From Monocercomonoides exilis PA203 (lineage: Eukaryota; Protista; Preaxostyla): DNA of 64,000 nucleotides. The notes beneath the pieces were generated by a model. The model had not been told where the DNA came from, made no database searches, and was given only the letters and a program-made list of their open reading frames with translations. Shown here in pieces: positions 24,127 through 36,691 of this stretch. The stretch's first letter is position 1, and the number at the start of each line of letters is the position of its first letter. The stretch is taken from NCBI GenBank assembly GCA_001643675.2, contig LSRY02000073.1, forward strand, positions 51,671 to 115,670. Direction: 5' to 3'. A program made the position numbers and the translations under genes.

Positions 24127-24956
24127 ATATATCAAAATCGAAAGATAAAACAAATATAACAAATTGAGCTTCAAAGGCGAAAACAAATTTGACTGTAACA
24201 TTTTCTTTTTTCTTTTCTTTTAAATATTTGATATATTTTTTATGTACTTAAAGAAATACTTTGTGCTAATTGAATTTCAATATCAGAAAATAAAAGAAAA
24301 TAATTTTTATAAATAGTCTTCAATTTACAGATTGTACAAAAAATACCGGACAAGATCGATTTCGCAAAAACCTCAATAATAATACAGTTTGCACAAAAAA
24401 TACAGGACATCGCAAAAAATACCGGACAAGATCGATATCTCAATAACCGCAAGAAGAAAAATTCTGATAATTTTCCTCAAAATATATCTCATCAATACTA
24501 ATTCATTTGAAATATAAAACTTTCAAAATATCTTTATTTGTGCTCAGAAAAAATTATTTATTAAAATCTCGGAGAAACATGATTTTGAGTTTCTCCGAAA
24601 TTTCAAAAATAATTTTTTCTGAGCATTACCGAGGAAGTTTTGAAAGTCTCGTTTATCATTTGAGTTTGTATTAACGAGATGTATTTTGAGGAAAATTAAC
24701 AAAATTATTCCTCTTTCGGTTATTGTTAAATGCATCTTGTCCGGTAATTTATGCGATATTTGTTCCTTTAAATTTTTCTTAAGATTTTTTTTCATTTTAA
24801 TGTTAGGATTGTAATCATACGATTGAAGAAAAAATTTGGAATAAATCATTGATTATTTTATTAATCTAATAATTTTTCCTCGTTTTTTTTTCTTTGATAT
24901 TTTGATTTTATCATTTATATAATCATTGATCAAATATCTCATTTTCATTTCGGACA

Positions 24957-27900
24957 ATGAGCTTATTGCTCTTTATTTTGATTTGCTTACACGCATATAT
25001 TTTCTCTGATTTCGATGACATCAATTATAGAACATATGCAACTGTCTCAAAAGAAGTTTTTCTTTCGGAGAAAGGAAATGATTCTTTTCAGGACTGCGGA
25101 ACAGAAAATAATCCTTGCAAAACAATTGGAAAAGGATTGGAGCTGATAGGAAAGGGGAATGAAGAAGAAACTTTGAAGATTGTTGATTCAGCTGATGTTC
25201 CTTATGGTTTTTTGTTTTCCAATGATTTCAAGTTAACATTAACAACAGCATCAAAACAAGGAATAAGAAGAAATATTACATTTGACTTGAATGAGTTGGC
25301 AACAAAAGGGAAGTTCCACCTGACAAATGAGAAAACCTTGAATATGGAACATTTGAACATTAATTTTTTGATTTTTGAAACAAAACAGTATTTTCCTAAA
25401 GATACCAATGAAGAATCAGCAGTTATTCTTTCGAAAGGAGCTCATGGGGATTTAACATTAAGGGATTGTAGCATGATAATTAATGAGTGGATCGATGATT
25501 ACACCACATTTTCTATCTTGAGAATTACTGATGGTAAAGTCTTGATTGACGAGGTAAAATTTTTGCCAGACTATTATTATCTTTCAGAAGCAAACTTACT
25601 GCACATTTCTGAGAATGTTGAGCTGTCAAAACTGAATGCATTAACCATTTGGAGCATGAAATTGGAAAAAGAATGTGCACTGAAACTTCCATCTTCATTC
25701 ACATTAGAGAAAAGCGAAATGATTGGGATAAGACGGAATTCAGATGGACCCGCTTTGCTTGAGGCTTGTAGTCGTGCAGAAGAGAAAGTAATGATTACTA
25801 TTTCGAAGTGTTTATTTGATTCAGTGAAATCGTCAGAGTCAGAAAAAGGAAGTTGCTTCTATTTTGAGATGCTGCATCCGGAAAGTATTCTGAATATTTT
25901 TGACACGGTGATCAGCTTTGGAGAAGCAACCAAAGGGGGAGGCATAATGATTGGAGCGACAAAAGGAAAAGTTAAATTGGAGAATATGGTGTTTTACCAG
26001 TGCAAGGCAATCGAAGATGGCGGAGGGCTGATGATTTATGATTTAACACAGATGGCAGGATTTGAATGCACAAACGTGTCATTTGAAGAATGCCAAGCAA
26101 AGAAGAGTGGTGGAGTCGAAGCAATTTTTGGAGAGGAAGAGATCAAAGGAGATGCTATCATATTTAAGAACTGCCTTTTTAGTAACAATAAAGCAGACAT
26201 TGGAGGGAAAGACATGACTCTTTGTTGTAAAGGGAAAGCGGAGGAGAACAAAACGCCTTTTGACGAAAAGTGCTTTAGCACGACAACGAAGAATCGGGTA
26301 TGTGTAATGAAAAAGGACGGATCAGAGATGTTTCACGATGAATGGCTAAGAGAAGATTCATTGGAATTGAATGTGGATGCAGAAAATGGAGTGGACAGCG
26401 CTGAATGCGGAAAACACGAAAAGGCTCCGTGTAAAACGCTGAAGCAAGCGATTGCCAATAGCCTCCCAGGAAGACCATTTTCAATCTTCACGACGGAAAA
26501 GTGTAATAAATATGACACAGAGCCGATAGTAATTGAAGATCATCATATTGAGATTAAAGGCAAAGACAATTGCATAATTTCACTCACAACTGTATTGGAT
26601 GAAATGAAAGCTCAGAAAGGCGAAGGATTATTCAACTTGAAGAAAGGAGGGTATCTGAAATTGTGCAGTGCCGAAGTCAAAGTGGACACAACAAGAAAAA
26701 GTGGTCGAGACAATGGACTATTTGTATGCGATGGAGAAGCAAAATTTTATATTTATAAAGATAATATAACTTCAACTGATTCTAACCAGGCTCTGAACTG
26801 CGTCTTAATAGAATGTAAATCAGGAAATTTTGAAATGCGAGAATCAATATTTGCACATTTTTCATCTTCTTGTGCGTTGATACTGGCAGTTAATTCGGTA
26901 GAGATTGAAATAAATGATATTGCTCTCGACTCAATTTCAACCACAAGCGAAACCCAATCTGTCTTCACCATTTTAAGCGGATGCCAAAAAATTTATTGGT
27001 CTGGAGGAAAATTTTCGAATTGCAATTCAATTGAACATAAAATTGGTGGGGCGCTGTATGTGGAAATTGGAGACAGCAAAAGCAGAAAAACACTTTACAA
27101 TCTATACTTTACAAACTGCTCGTGCAGAAGTGAACAAACAATTGCACGCAAAAGGAATTTTGAATCAAACGAGGAAACAAAAGGAGGGGCAATGTACATT
27201 AAAGCTAACGATGAAGCAATTGGTCAACTTTTTGATGTATTTAATTGGATGACATTCACAAATTGTAGCGCTGACAAAGGGCAGTACATTTTCATTTCGT
27301 TGCCCGGAGGGCGAGAGCAGATCGACGACGATATGTTTAAATTTGAGATGAAAGATATTTTTGGCAAAGAGGGTATAGTAGTTTTGGAAGAAAGGAAAAA
27401 TGGGGAAACAAAAATTATTGATCTTTTGAGCGATGAAGCAAACAGTTTGCCCTATTGTTCATCAGTCATTTATGTGGGAGGTGATAAAGTTAGCAACGAA
27501 AAAACATGTGGAAGAATGGAAGAACCATGTGATCTGATAAGCACTGGAAATCATCATGGAATACCAGGTCATCATTTTATGATGCTGATCAACGGAAGAG
27601 TTTGCGTTAACGAGCCATTTACAGAATCGATTTATGGTACAATTTCATCTGCAACTGAATCTTTTGCGTCTTCGAATTCATCTTTTTCAGAAGAGCCGAA
27701 CAGAGGGACTATTCGGATAGGAACGAACATGAAAGCAGGTTCATCTGATGGAGTATTTGAAATAATAAACAACGAGTTTCATTTCAAGCATATTGACATC
27801 GAATACCCAGATGCTATCGAAGGTGATGCGCTCGATTTGATTTACGCAAGTAATAACTTTCAAATGAATGATGTTGTGTTCCGACCATGGTATACAGAAC

Positions 27901-29006
27901 TTACAGGTGAGAACGTGCTTGGCGGAGAAGGAAAGAAGCTTCCTTACAAACTGTTTAATTTTGATGAAGGAGATGTAACCATTTCTCAATTGGTTATTTA
28001 CGGAAGAAATGGAAATATAACTGAAAAGTGTCACCATTCTCATAATCTAATTCAGAATAATTTTAACTTTGATAAAAACAGTGAAATAAAATCAGAATTC
28101 GGAACAGTTGACAGAATTGTCGAAGAGGATGATCCGTTGTGTTCTTGGGAGTCTGGATTGCTTCACCTGAGTGTTGCATTTGAAGCAACCATCAACGATA
28201 GCACGTTTACGGACATCAGCGATGGTGCAATTCATTCTGATGCATCTTATCTGGAAATGAACAATTGCAGTTTCACAAACAATCATCCAGTTGAAGAGAA
28301 TTGGAAGAAATATCCTTCACTACGTCGCAACCTTCGCCAAACTGGAGAAGTTAGTTGGGCTTACACAAAATTGAGTTCTTTGGCACCTGGAAGTGATGGA
28401 TTGGATGGGAAGCCATTTGGAATGCTTACGGAAGCTGAAGCAGGCGGTACAGCTTTAGAGAACATGGATTCGTATTTCTTTTCGCCTATTTTTAAGAACA
28501 TAACACTTAAAAGAGAAGAAGCCTTCAATAAGAATGAAATGCAAAATAAAGAGGAAAGACAAAAAGAGATTGAAGCCGTTGTGCAAGGATCGTATCTATT
28601 TCCTTGTGGACTGACATTTGAAGCGACAAAAAAAAGGAAAGGAACAGACATGAAATGGTCAGACTGCCCAGTTTCAGAATATACAAATGAGACAGAAATG
28701 AAAGTTAAGATTCCTCCTTTTCTGTTCGAAGTGGATGAGTATACATCAGTTGTGTGCCGTTTGTCATACCCAAGTGGAATCATTAATGGAGAAAAAAAGC
28801 ATTCGGGTAATGTTATTTTAATAAAGCAGAAGAAAGACGATCCAAACGAAAATGACCCAAATAAATCGATTAAAACACATCAAGTTGCAATCATCGTTTC
28901 TGTGAGCGTTTCTGTTGTTGTTGTTATTATTATTGTAATTGCTGTTACTGTTTGTGTTATGAGAAAGAAGCGAAGGCATTACACTACTATCAACGATTCA
29001 AAATAG
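24957..29006 (+). CDS. 1349-aa type I membrane protein with Cys-rich right-handed beta-helix (Pmp/pectin-lyase-like) repeats
   Basis: N-terminal signal peptide, repeated GG[AG]..I and F..C motifs, CG....PC.T modules, C-terminal hydrophobic helix followed by RKKRR and a short Tyr-containing tail. Confidence 0.85.
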   Translation: MSLLLFILICLHAYIFSDFDDINYRTYATVSKEVFLSEKGNDSFQDCGTENNPCKTIGKGLELIGKGNEEETLKIVDSADVPYGFLFSNDFKLTLTTASKQGIRRNITFDLNELATKGKFHLTNEKTLNMEHLNINFLIFETKQYFPKDTNEESAVILSKGAHGDLTLRDCSMIINEWIDDYTTFSILRITDGKVLIDEVKFLPDYYYLSEANLLHISENVELSKLNALTIWSMKLEKECALKLPSSFTLEKSEMIGIRRNSDGPALLEACSRAEEKVMITISKCLFDSVKSSESEKGSCFYFEMLHPESILNIFDTVISFGEATKGGGIMIGATKGKVKLENMVFYQCKAIEDGGGLMIYDLTQMAGFECTNVSFEECQAKKSGGVEAIFGEEEIKGDAIIFKNCLFSNNKADIGGKDMTLCCKGKAEENKTPFDEKCFSTTTKNRVCVMKKDGSEMFHDEWLREDSLELNVDAENGVDSAECGKHEKAPCKTLKQAIANSLPGRPFSIFTTEKCNKYDTEPIVIEDHHIEIKGKDNCIISLTTVLDEMKAQKGEGLFNLKKGGYLKLCSAEVKVDTTRKSGRDNGLFVCDGEAKFYIYKDNITSTDSNQALNCVLIECKSGNFEMRESIFAHFSSSCALILAVNSVEIEINDIALDSISTTSETQSVFTILSGCQKIYWSGGKFSNCNSIEHKIGGALYVEIGDSKSRKTLYNLYFTNCSCRSEQTIARKRNFESNEETKGGAMYIKANDEAIGQLFDVFNWMTFTNCSADKGQYIFISLPGGREQIDDDMFKFEMKDIFGKEGIVVLEERKNGETKIIDLLSDEANSLPYCSSVIYVGGDKVSNEKTCGRMEEPCDLISTGNHHGIPGHHFMMLINGRVCVNEPFTESIYGTISSATESFASSNSSFSEEPNRGTIRIGTNMKAGSSDGVFEIINNEFHFKHIDIEYPDAIEGDALDLIYASNNFQMNDVVFRPWYTELTGENVLGGEGKKLPYKLFNFDEGDVTISQLVIYGRNGNITEKCHHSHNLIQNNFNFDKNSEIKSEFGTVDRIVEEDDPLCSWESGLLHLSVAFEATINDSTFTDISDGAIHSDASYLEMNNCSFTNNHPVEENWKKYPSLRRNLRQTGEVSWAYTKLSSLAPGSDGLDGKPFGMLTEAEAGGTALENMDSYFFSPIFKNITLKREEAFNKNEMQNKEERQKEIEAVVQGSYLFPCGLTFEATKKRKGTDMKWSDCPVSEYTNETEMKVKIPPFLFEVDEYTSVVCRLSYPSGIINGEKKHSGNVILIKQKKDDPNENDPNKSIKTHQVAIIVSVSVSVVVVIIIVIAVTVCVMRKKRRHYTTINDSK

Positions 29007-29677
29007 CGGAGTATGGAAAACTGCTTGAATAAGAATTTATCTATATATTAATTTGCTTTTGCAGAGATAAATTAAAGCAAAAGTAAAATAAAATAGCTTT
29101 TTAAAAGTTTTTTTTTTTAAAAATTATTGGTTATTATTTATCTATAGAAATGAAATATTATTTTTATTTTTATTTTTTTGTATAGATTGTTTATCTGAAT
29201 TGCTTTTTAATGTATAATTTAAAGAGTATAGAAAATTTCCTTTTTAAAAATAAAAAATTTATGAAATTTTGCTGAGATTAGAATATTCTTTTGTTATTGT
29301 AATTCCTTGATTATGTAATTTGGCTTTTGTTTGTTGATCGTGCTTTGCTGTGAACACCTTTCAAGGAGAACGCCATGTTTTTGAATTTGTGTTTCAAAGG
29401 CATCTTACAGCATTTTGTTTTAACATTTTATATAAAAATATTTCAATTCTTTTTCATTATTTTTATCAAAATGCTAAATAATTATAAAAAGCCAAAATAA
29501 AACTGAAGATAAATCAATTTTTGTAAAAATTTAAATTTCTTGAATTTTTTCTGATTCAAGAGTGAAAAAATAAGTTCTTTTGAAAAAGTATTCGCATACA
29601 ACAAAAAAACAAAAAAAAAATGTTCGCTAAAAATTCTTCAAAACATTCAACGATAATTCAAAATGCTCAATTAAAAA

Positions 29678-30061
29678 TTATCTAGGTTGAATTTGACTTT
29701 CCGGAGAATAAGGAGAATGTGACGGAGAATAACCGGACCGAGATGCTGTTGTAACTGTAACAGAAGTCCCTTCCGGTCCACTTGACCCATGCCAACCTGA
29801 AATTTGCATTCCTCCTCTTCCGTCAGAAGAAACAACTCCTCCTTCAAAACTTCCTTCTTGACGACCGGGAATAATCTTAACGTCTTCAGTTACTTTGCCT
29901 TGATACTCTCGTCGGATAGTTTGTTTTGTCTGCCCAGACCCATCAACCTCTATTATCGTGGTTATTTTAGCACCACTCGAATCGGTGGTAGTTGATGAGG
30001 ATCTTGAAACACTATGCGAAGAATGAGAACAAGTACTGCTTGAATGCTTTCGTATTTTCAT
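29678..30061 (-). CDS. Small Ser/Thr/Gly-rich hypothetical protein (127 aa)
   Basis: ATG-initiated ORF in a GC-richer island flanked by AT-rich DNA. No family recognised. Confidence 0.55.
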   Translation of the reverse strand: MKIRKHSSSTCSHSSHSVSRSSSTTTDSSGAKITTIIEVDGSGQTKQTIRREYQGKVTEDVKIIPGRQEGSFEGGVVSSDGRGGMQISGWHGSSGPEGTSVTVTTASRSGYSPSHSPYSPESQIQPR

Positions 30062-30612
30062 TGTTAAAAAATAGATAATTACAAATACATATACTTAAAA
30101 ATTGTCAAACAGAATAATGTTCACAACCAGTTGGTCCAGATGCTTAACATGAAATATAATTCAAAGATATACAAATACATTAATCAGTAGCACCTATAAA
30201 AATAAGTGCAAACTTGAAATAGAATAACTCATGTGAATTATCTGACAAGAGCTACACAAAAATAAAAAGTTGAAAGAATAATAAACAAATAAACATACAT
30301 GACTATCACAAAATATAATTAGATAAAAGATCACAGCTAACATTTGAACTTCTCACAAATATTGTAAAAAACAAGATAAACTCTTTAAAAAGAACGTTTA
30401 ATAAAATAATAAGCTATGAGTGAACAATTTCTTTCCCCTATAATATTATTTCCAAATTTTTTTCAGTCTCATTAATAAATATCTGTTGCTCATTGCACTT
30501 GATCCATTGATTCATTTTCCAATACTAGTATTTCTCTTCTTTGTTTTTTTATTTGATTTGGAGCTTACGATGAAGCTTCACTTCTGCCTCATTTTCCGCT
30601 TAAGTTTTCTCA

Positions 30613-31271
30613 CTAATTTCCTTTTTTACGCAATTGCAATCTTTCCTGCGCTTCGGCGCTTAATCGCTTTATTTCGTCTCTTTTGTGCTGATTTTCTCTC
30701 AAATTAATTGTTTGCTCTTTCTCTTTCTGAAGGTGAAGATGCTCATTTTCACTCTTCAGAGCTTGAGATTCTTCTTTCTTTATTCTTTTCGGATGCTCTT
30801 GTTGCTTTGCAATTCTTTGTCTTTCTTCTGTTCGGTCTCCAGATTTCTTTCTCTCTTCAAATTCCTTTGAACAAGCAGACAAATGTGCTTGCTGATCTTT
30901 GAGGCTCAGCGCAAGCTCCTTATCTTCTTTGTGCTCATTCATCTCGGCTGTCTTCTGCCTGTGCATGTGTCCTGTGTTCAGCTGCTTCTGCTCTTCTTCT
31001 TGCGTCTTCTGTCCTTTCTTCTTCAAACTGCGCATATTCTGTTCAGCTGCCTTCATTTCCTGCAGCGCTGACTCCCTCTTCACATACACAACAGATGCCT
31101 CACAATGCCTCTCATCCGCATTCGACGTGCAAATGCTGTCTGAGCGGGCAGAGTTGTGGTGTGTGGGAGATGCGATGCTGCGCAGTGCAACGTTGCCTAA
31201 ATCAGTCAAATTTCATTAAATACATGCATAATATTTCGGTGACAATAGAAATCATAAGAAATAATTTTTGG

Positions 31272-31321
<50 letters not shown>

Positions 31322-33922
31322 ATTTATTTATTCTCAAAATTCAAATAGAAAAGAATGGAATATCATACCTGTTTTCTTTGATTTCGATGAATTGGTCGGC
31401 GATTGTATTGTCTCCTGTGTCATTGTCGATGAATACGACCCAAGAGACGTTTTCGCTCTCAGTCTTTTTTCGTGTTTGTCTCCAATGTCATCTTTCTCTC
31501 TTGAAATCTTATGCACCTCCTTCCTCTCATCTGCAAAGGGGGAAAGAGAAGGCAGCTGGTACTTCTTTGAAACAGAGGCTGAACGCTTGGCCGATGAAGA
31601 GGCAGGCAGCGAGACCGACTGGCTGACTGAGAAAGGCAGCACTGGCGAGCGCATTTCAGACACGCTGCGCTGGCTGTTCTTCCGAACAGAAGGCGATGCA
31701 GGCAGCTGGACACTCTGCCGGAGCGGCGTGGCTGGCAGCCTTTTGGAGGCAAGCGTGTCTGAACGTGCTGTCGTCATCGTCGAGTAAATCGATGAGAAGA
31801 CGCTGCTTTCTGCCAAATCGTCTGCTTCCCCGTTCTTTCGGGAGACTGCTCTCTTCTTCTTCTTCTTCTTTTTCCTCTGCTTTTTGTCAGACTTGTTGGA
31901 GAATTCCAACAACATTTCTCTGTCTTCGGTGTATCTTCTGTTTATTCTTTTCCATTCACACGCTGCTTCCTCCTTACGACCTTCCAGTTTGTGTGAGCCT
32001 TCATCTGCACCAAGCAAATACGGGTTGAGTCTGATTTCTGTGGATTTTCCTTCATCCGTTTCTGAGCTGTAATCTGCTTCCTCAGCCGCATTATCATCTT
32101 CAGCAGCATCGTATTCATCATCTTCATTTGAGTCTTCAGAAGAACATTCTTCTTTGTCGTCTTTTCCAACTTTCTTTTTGTAGTTTTTACTTCTTCCTCT
32201 TTTTGGAGTTCCCTTCTTTCTACTGTCTCTGCCTCTTTTGTTCTCAAATATCCTGTCGTCATCTTCCTCATTGCTCAAAAAAGACGAATGCTCAGATGAA
32301 ACATTGCTTTTGCTTTGAACTTTCTTCTGTATGTTTGAATGTGCTGTGCTGCTTGGCAGCTCTAACCAGTCGTGCAAATCAGTCTTTCCTGTTTTGTGCT
32401 TGCTTTTCACAGGTTTAATAGAAGGTTCCGTTTTTCTGCGCTGCTTTTGTGTTTCGAGATGTGTGGAATGGTGCTGCACTGCTTGTGCGTGTTGGGTAGA
32501 GGTGGATGCTGTGTCTTTGGAGTGTTTGTGAGAAGGAGAGGCGTTTGAGTGTTTCAGAGAGGTGGATGAGTGGGTGGGTGTTGTTGAGTGATGTGAATAG
32601 AGGTGTGCTGACGTGTTGGGTGAAGTTGCTGTCGAAGAGGTGTTGGCGGAGTGGGAGTCTGGTGTTGCCATCAATTCTGGTGGCAGAACTAATGGTGTGT
32701 GTTGTTGGGTAGGTGATACAGGAGATACAGGAGTATGTGGAGCGGATGGAGAGACAGGCGGAGAAGAATAAGAAACCGACGAATGTGTCGCATCGTCAGA
32801 CGATTCTGTGTCGTCTGACCATTTCCTGCTCTTCTTTACAAGGCGGTGCGATCTTTGAGATGCGCTCGATCGGTCAGAAAAGAGGTGCTCCTCGTCTTCT
32901 GATGCGACTGTCTGTGCAGTCCTCGTCTCGTCGCTCGATCTTCCGTCCCTTTTGTCGATGGCCGAAGGCGAAAAGGGTGTGCCTGTTTGGAACGTGGGCG
33001 ACTGAAGCCACACGCCGCTAGGAGGAGACACAAGTGTCTCCAAGCCAATTTGCGACTGGAGTTTGTCATGATACGCCTGCAACTGTGTCATTTGCTGGTT
33101 CAAGCCCTGCATTTGCTGCGAAAGGACTACAAGCTGGCGATTGTACTGTGCTTGCTGCTGCTGAACTGTTTGAGTCAGTTGCTGAATTTGATGTTGTGTA
33201 GACAATTGGATTTGCTGCTGCATTTGTGCTATTTGCGCACTTGATAATTGTGAAGTTGATTGCTGATGCATTATTTTCTGTTGCATTGCTTTTTGTAATC
33301 CTGAAACCTGTTGCTGATATTGACTCGTCAACGCCTGACTTTGAGATTGCATAAAAGATTGTTGCTGTTGGTTTTGATAAATTTGCTGCTTAAAAAGTGA
33401 AATTCTATGTTGAACCTGGCGTAATTCATTTTGAAGTTCTTGATGTTGTTGAAGGGAAAGCGGTACAGATTCTATATGAAACAAATAGGTTTTTTTTTTA
33501 AAATTATATTTTTAAAAAATATGAAAAATAAAAATATTCTTTGCTAACCTGATTGAAAAGATTCGGAATGATTAAACTCCGAAGGATGCTGTAATGTTTG
33601 ATGAATATTTGATTGCTGTGATGAAACTGGAATTTCTAGTGAATTTTTTATTTTTTGAAGCATAAGCTGCTTTTGCATTGCATGTTGTTGCATCTGCTGT
33701 TGCAATATCTGCTGCTTTTGTTGTTCCTGCGTTAGATGCATCATATACTGCTGATTATCGGATATCTGTCGAGGAAGATATGAGCTGTTGCTATTATTCA
33801 ATGGCTTTGAACGAAAACAAATTAAATATAAAAAAAGCAATGAAAATAATTGTAGATTATTAAAATATATAAATAGCAATGGAAACATATACATTGACAC
33901 TTCCCCCAACTCCTTGTTGCAT
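30613..33922 (-). CDS. Multi-exon Gln-rich/coiled-coil low-complexity protein, probably nuclear
   Basis: ORFs 33544-33909, 31334-33484 and 30613-31209 are joinable by GT-AG introns (~33806-33892, ~33472-33548, ~31198-31368). Basic NLS-like runs. Putative ATG at 33922; 3' end uncertain. Confidence 0.65.
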
Positions 33923-34150
33923 GATTTAGAAATAATGTAAAAATGATAACCAGCTTTCTAAACTTTCTTTAAGCCAATAGAATCGAAACTTCGAGTCAAT
34001 TGAACTTAAGTAAGGGAAAGAATTCAAAACAGTTTAATCCATTGCAAAACTTTAATCATTTGGATAGAATAACATTATTTGACATTTGAAAGCGAACAAA
34101 TTGAGTATTTATTTTATTTATGGATATTGATCTGAGTTTTTTATTTTGAA

Positions 34151-35519
34151 ATGACGACATATCCAAAAGCATTAAATCCTGTGAAAGTATTTCTTGCGAG
34201 CGCAGATCAAATAGAGCCCCTTGAACCTATTTTTGCATATTACTGTTTGCAGCTTCGTTAAAATTATGATCATTAGCATTTTGAGCTTTTTATTTGACAG
34301 TTCGAAAATATGCTGTTGATTTCATTGCCGATCAAAAACTGATTCAAGATCCAGATGTCAAAGCGTTTCTTCCTCCTCTGTTAGAGAAAGTGAACCCTGT
34401 TTGTGAATAATTACATTTTGTCTCATATTGGTGATTTTTCATAGAAAAAGCATTCTCTTGCACTTGACAAAGTTGCAGATATATCTAGAATGCATACCTT
34501 TGCTGACAATCTATTTGCAAAAGCACAAAAAGCTGTTGATGAAAAAAGCGCTGGACTGTATCTGACTTCTTCTTTGACTTAAAAAAATATAAATATATGC
34601 ACATATATTTTTTTCAAAATTCACCAATACAGTGAACACAGTCAAATGTTTTTCAGTGCAAAGAACTATTATGAAGTTGTTTGCCATTTTGAGGGAAACA
34701 ACGAAAAGGTTTGATTCCGTCAATATTTCCATTTTTAATCTCTTTTAATTAAATCAGGTTCAAAGTATGATGAAGCATGCAGCAATGATGGTTGGATATT
34801 TTGTTTAGTTTTATAAAATATTCTCTGAATCTTTGTTGACAATTCAATTTTAATTTAATTTTATTTTTTTTAAATGTGATGTTTTATTATCATAGGCCGT
34901 TCAGCTGCGAAAACAATATGGTGGAGGATCACCCGCAACTCCTTCAACACAAAGTGGAGGAGCCGTTGCATCGCTTGGATCTGACCCGCATCCAAGTCCA
35001 TCATCGATATCTCCGCCTGGTGCAAATCCTTCTTCTGGATATCCTTCCATTCCCTCTTTTCCACCTTCGATGTCACTTCCTCCGCAAGCTCAACCAGCAA
35101 CACATCCCGCTCCACAATCCATTTCTTCTTATCCAAACTCATTTCCAGCACCTTCTTCTCTTCCGCCACCTTCTGTTGCACCAGACAATTCGAAGTCAGT
35201 GCTTTCTTTCCTCCCTCCGCCAGTATCATCTCAGCCCTCTGCTTCACTGCCTGCTCCTTCAGCCAGCTTGCCATATCAAAATACACAGCAGCCTTCTGCA
35301 GCCACACCTTCCCAACCTCCTCAGCCTGTTCATTCATCGCCTCCTTCCTTCCCCTCGTCTGCAATATCTTCAGGTTTCGGCTCTCCTTCTTTTCTTCAGA
35401 CAGCTGAAAAGAAACAGGCTCTTGTCAAAACATTGCGATATGCCATTTCGTCGCTGGAATACGACGATTGGGCTGCAGCAAAGAAGTTCGTGGAGGAAGC
35501 TTTGAGGGACATGCAATGA
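34151..35519 (+). CDS. VTA1: Vta1/LIP5 ESCRT Vps4 cofactor (multi-exon)
   Basis: N-terminal MIT-like EPIFAYYC..RKYAV, Pro/Ser linker, C-terminal VSL motif KTLRYAISSLEYDDWAAAKKFVEEAL. Confidence 0.85.
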
Positions 35520-36691
35520 TTGGATGCAGATGGTTATATGTATTTTCATGTGTGGGCGAATGAGTGAGTGTTAAGCTATTTGTTTTGAGAAAGTGCATTA
35601 ATAATCATTTCTGATGAGTATATTTGCTTGAAATACTTCTTTGAGAACTTTTTTTTCTTTAGACGCTTATAAATTTTCTTTGCTTAGTTGTTTTATTGTA
35701 CGTTGTTGAAAGTTACATTTGTTAGGGGAAATGTGACATAATATTTTAATAACGGTTATCTTTTAATCATCTTTTCCTTTCTGATATGTTTTTCTCGTTT
35801 TGTGCATTTTTTTTGATAGATTTTAAATCTGCAAGCATTCTTTTCTGTTTTGTTACAAATATTTCCATTAGATATACTTTGTTTTATTTCCACATTAAGC
35901 AATTGACTCTTTTTTCTGTGAAACAGATTTTTTTTAAAGAATAAAAATCATTAATAAGAATTATTTACACTCGTTCTTCACATTTTTTTATGTTTCAATA
36001 GTGTTTTGATGTACATCCAAAAAGTTGATATTTTGTCGCTTGTAAACAGACAATCAACAAATGTGTAACCGAATTAAAAGGATGTGAATGAGTTTAATTG
36101 GATTTGTTCCAAAGAAGTTTTTTGATTCGATTTAAGACGCGAGTTAAAAAACATCTTCTTTTTTAATTTGAAATGAAAACGCTATTTTGGAATAAACATA
36201 TAAAAATTGGACAGAAAGGAAGGAAAATGAAATGGAATGAAAAAGGTGATGCAAAAAAATGGTGAGTGCAGTTGAATGGCATCTGCTTTTTATAAGTTTT
36301 TCGTAATTTGAGAATAGTGCAACAATTGGAAGATTATGAGAATAATTAAAATTAAAGCAAAAAGCAACAGAAAAAAGATATAAATGACATAAGCAACCCA
36401 CAAGCGAAGTACACTTTATGTCAGCATTTACACATGATATATTTGTAATATGAAACCAATCTCGCACAACAAAACAAATAAACAAGCGGAACATTGAATG
36501 ACAAACAAAGGCAATTATCTTCTATTTACTTTAAGTATCTTTTGAATGATTTTAAAATATTTTTTTTGTATATTTCAATTTATGGAAAGATAGATGAAAT
36601 ATCATCTAACATATTTTCTGAGTCTTCAAATAGAACTTTTAATTATCTTGTGCACATCAACAATATCTGCAACGCTGAAGAGCATGTCCAT

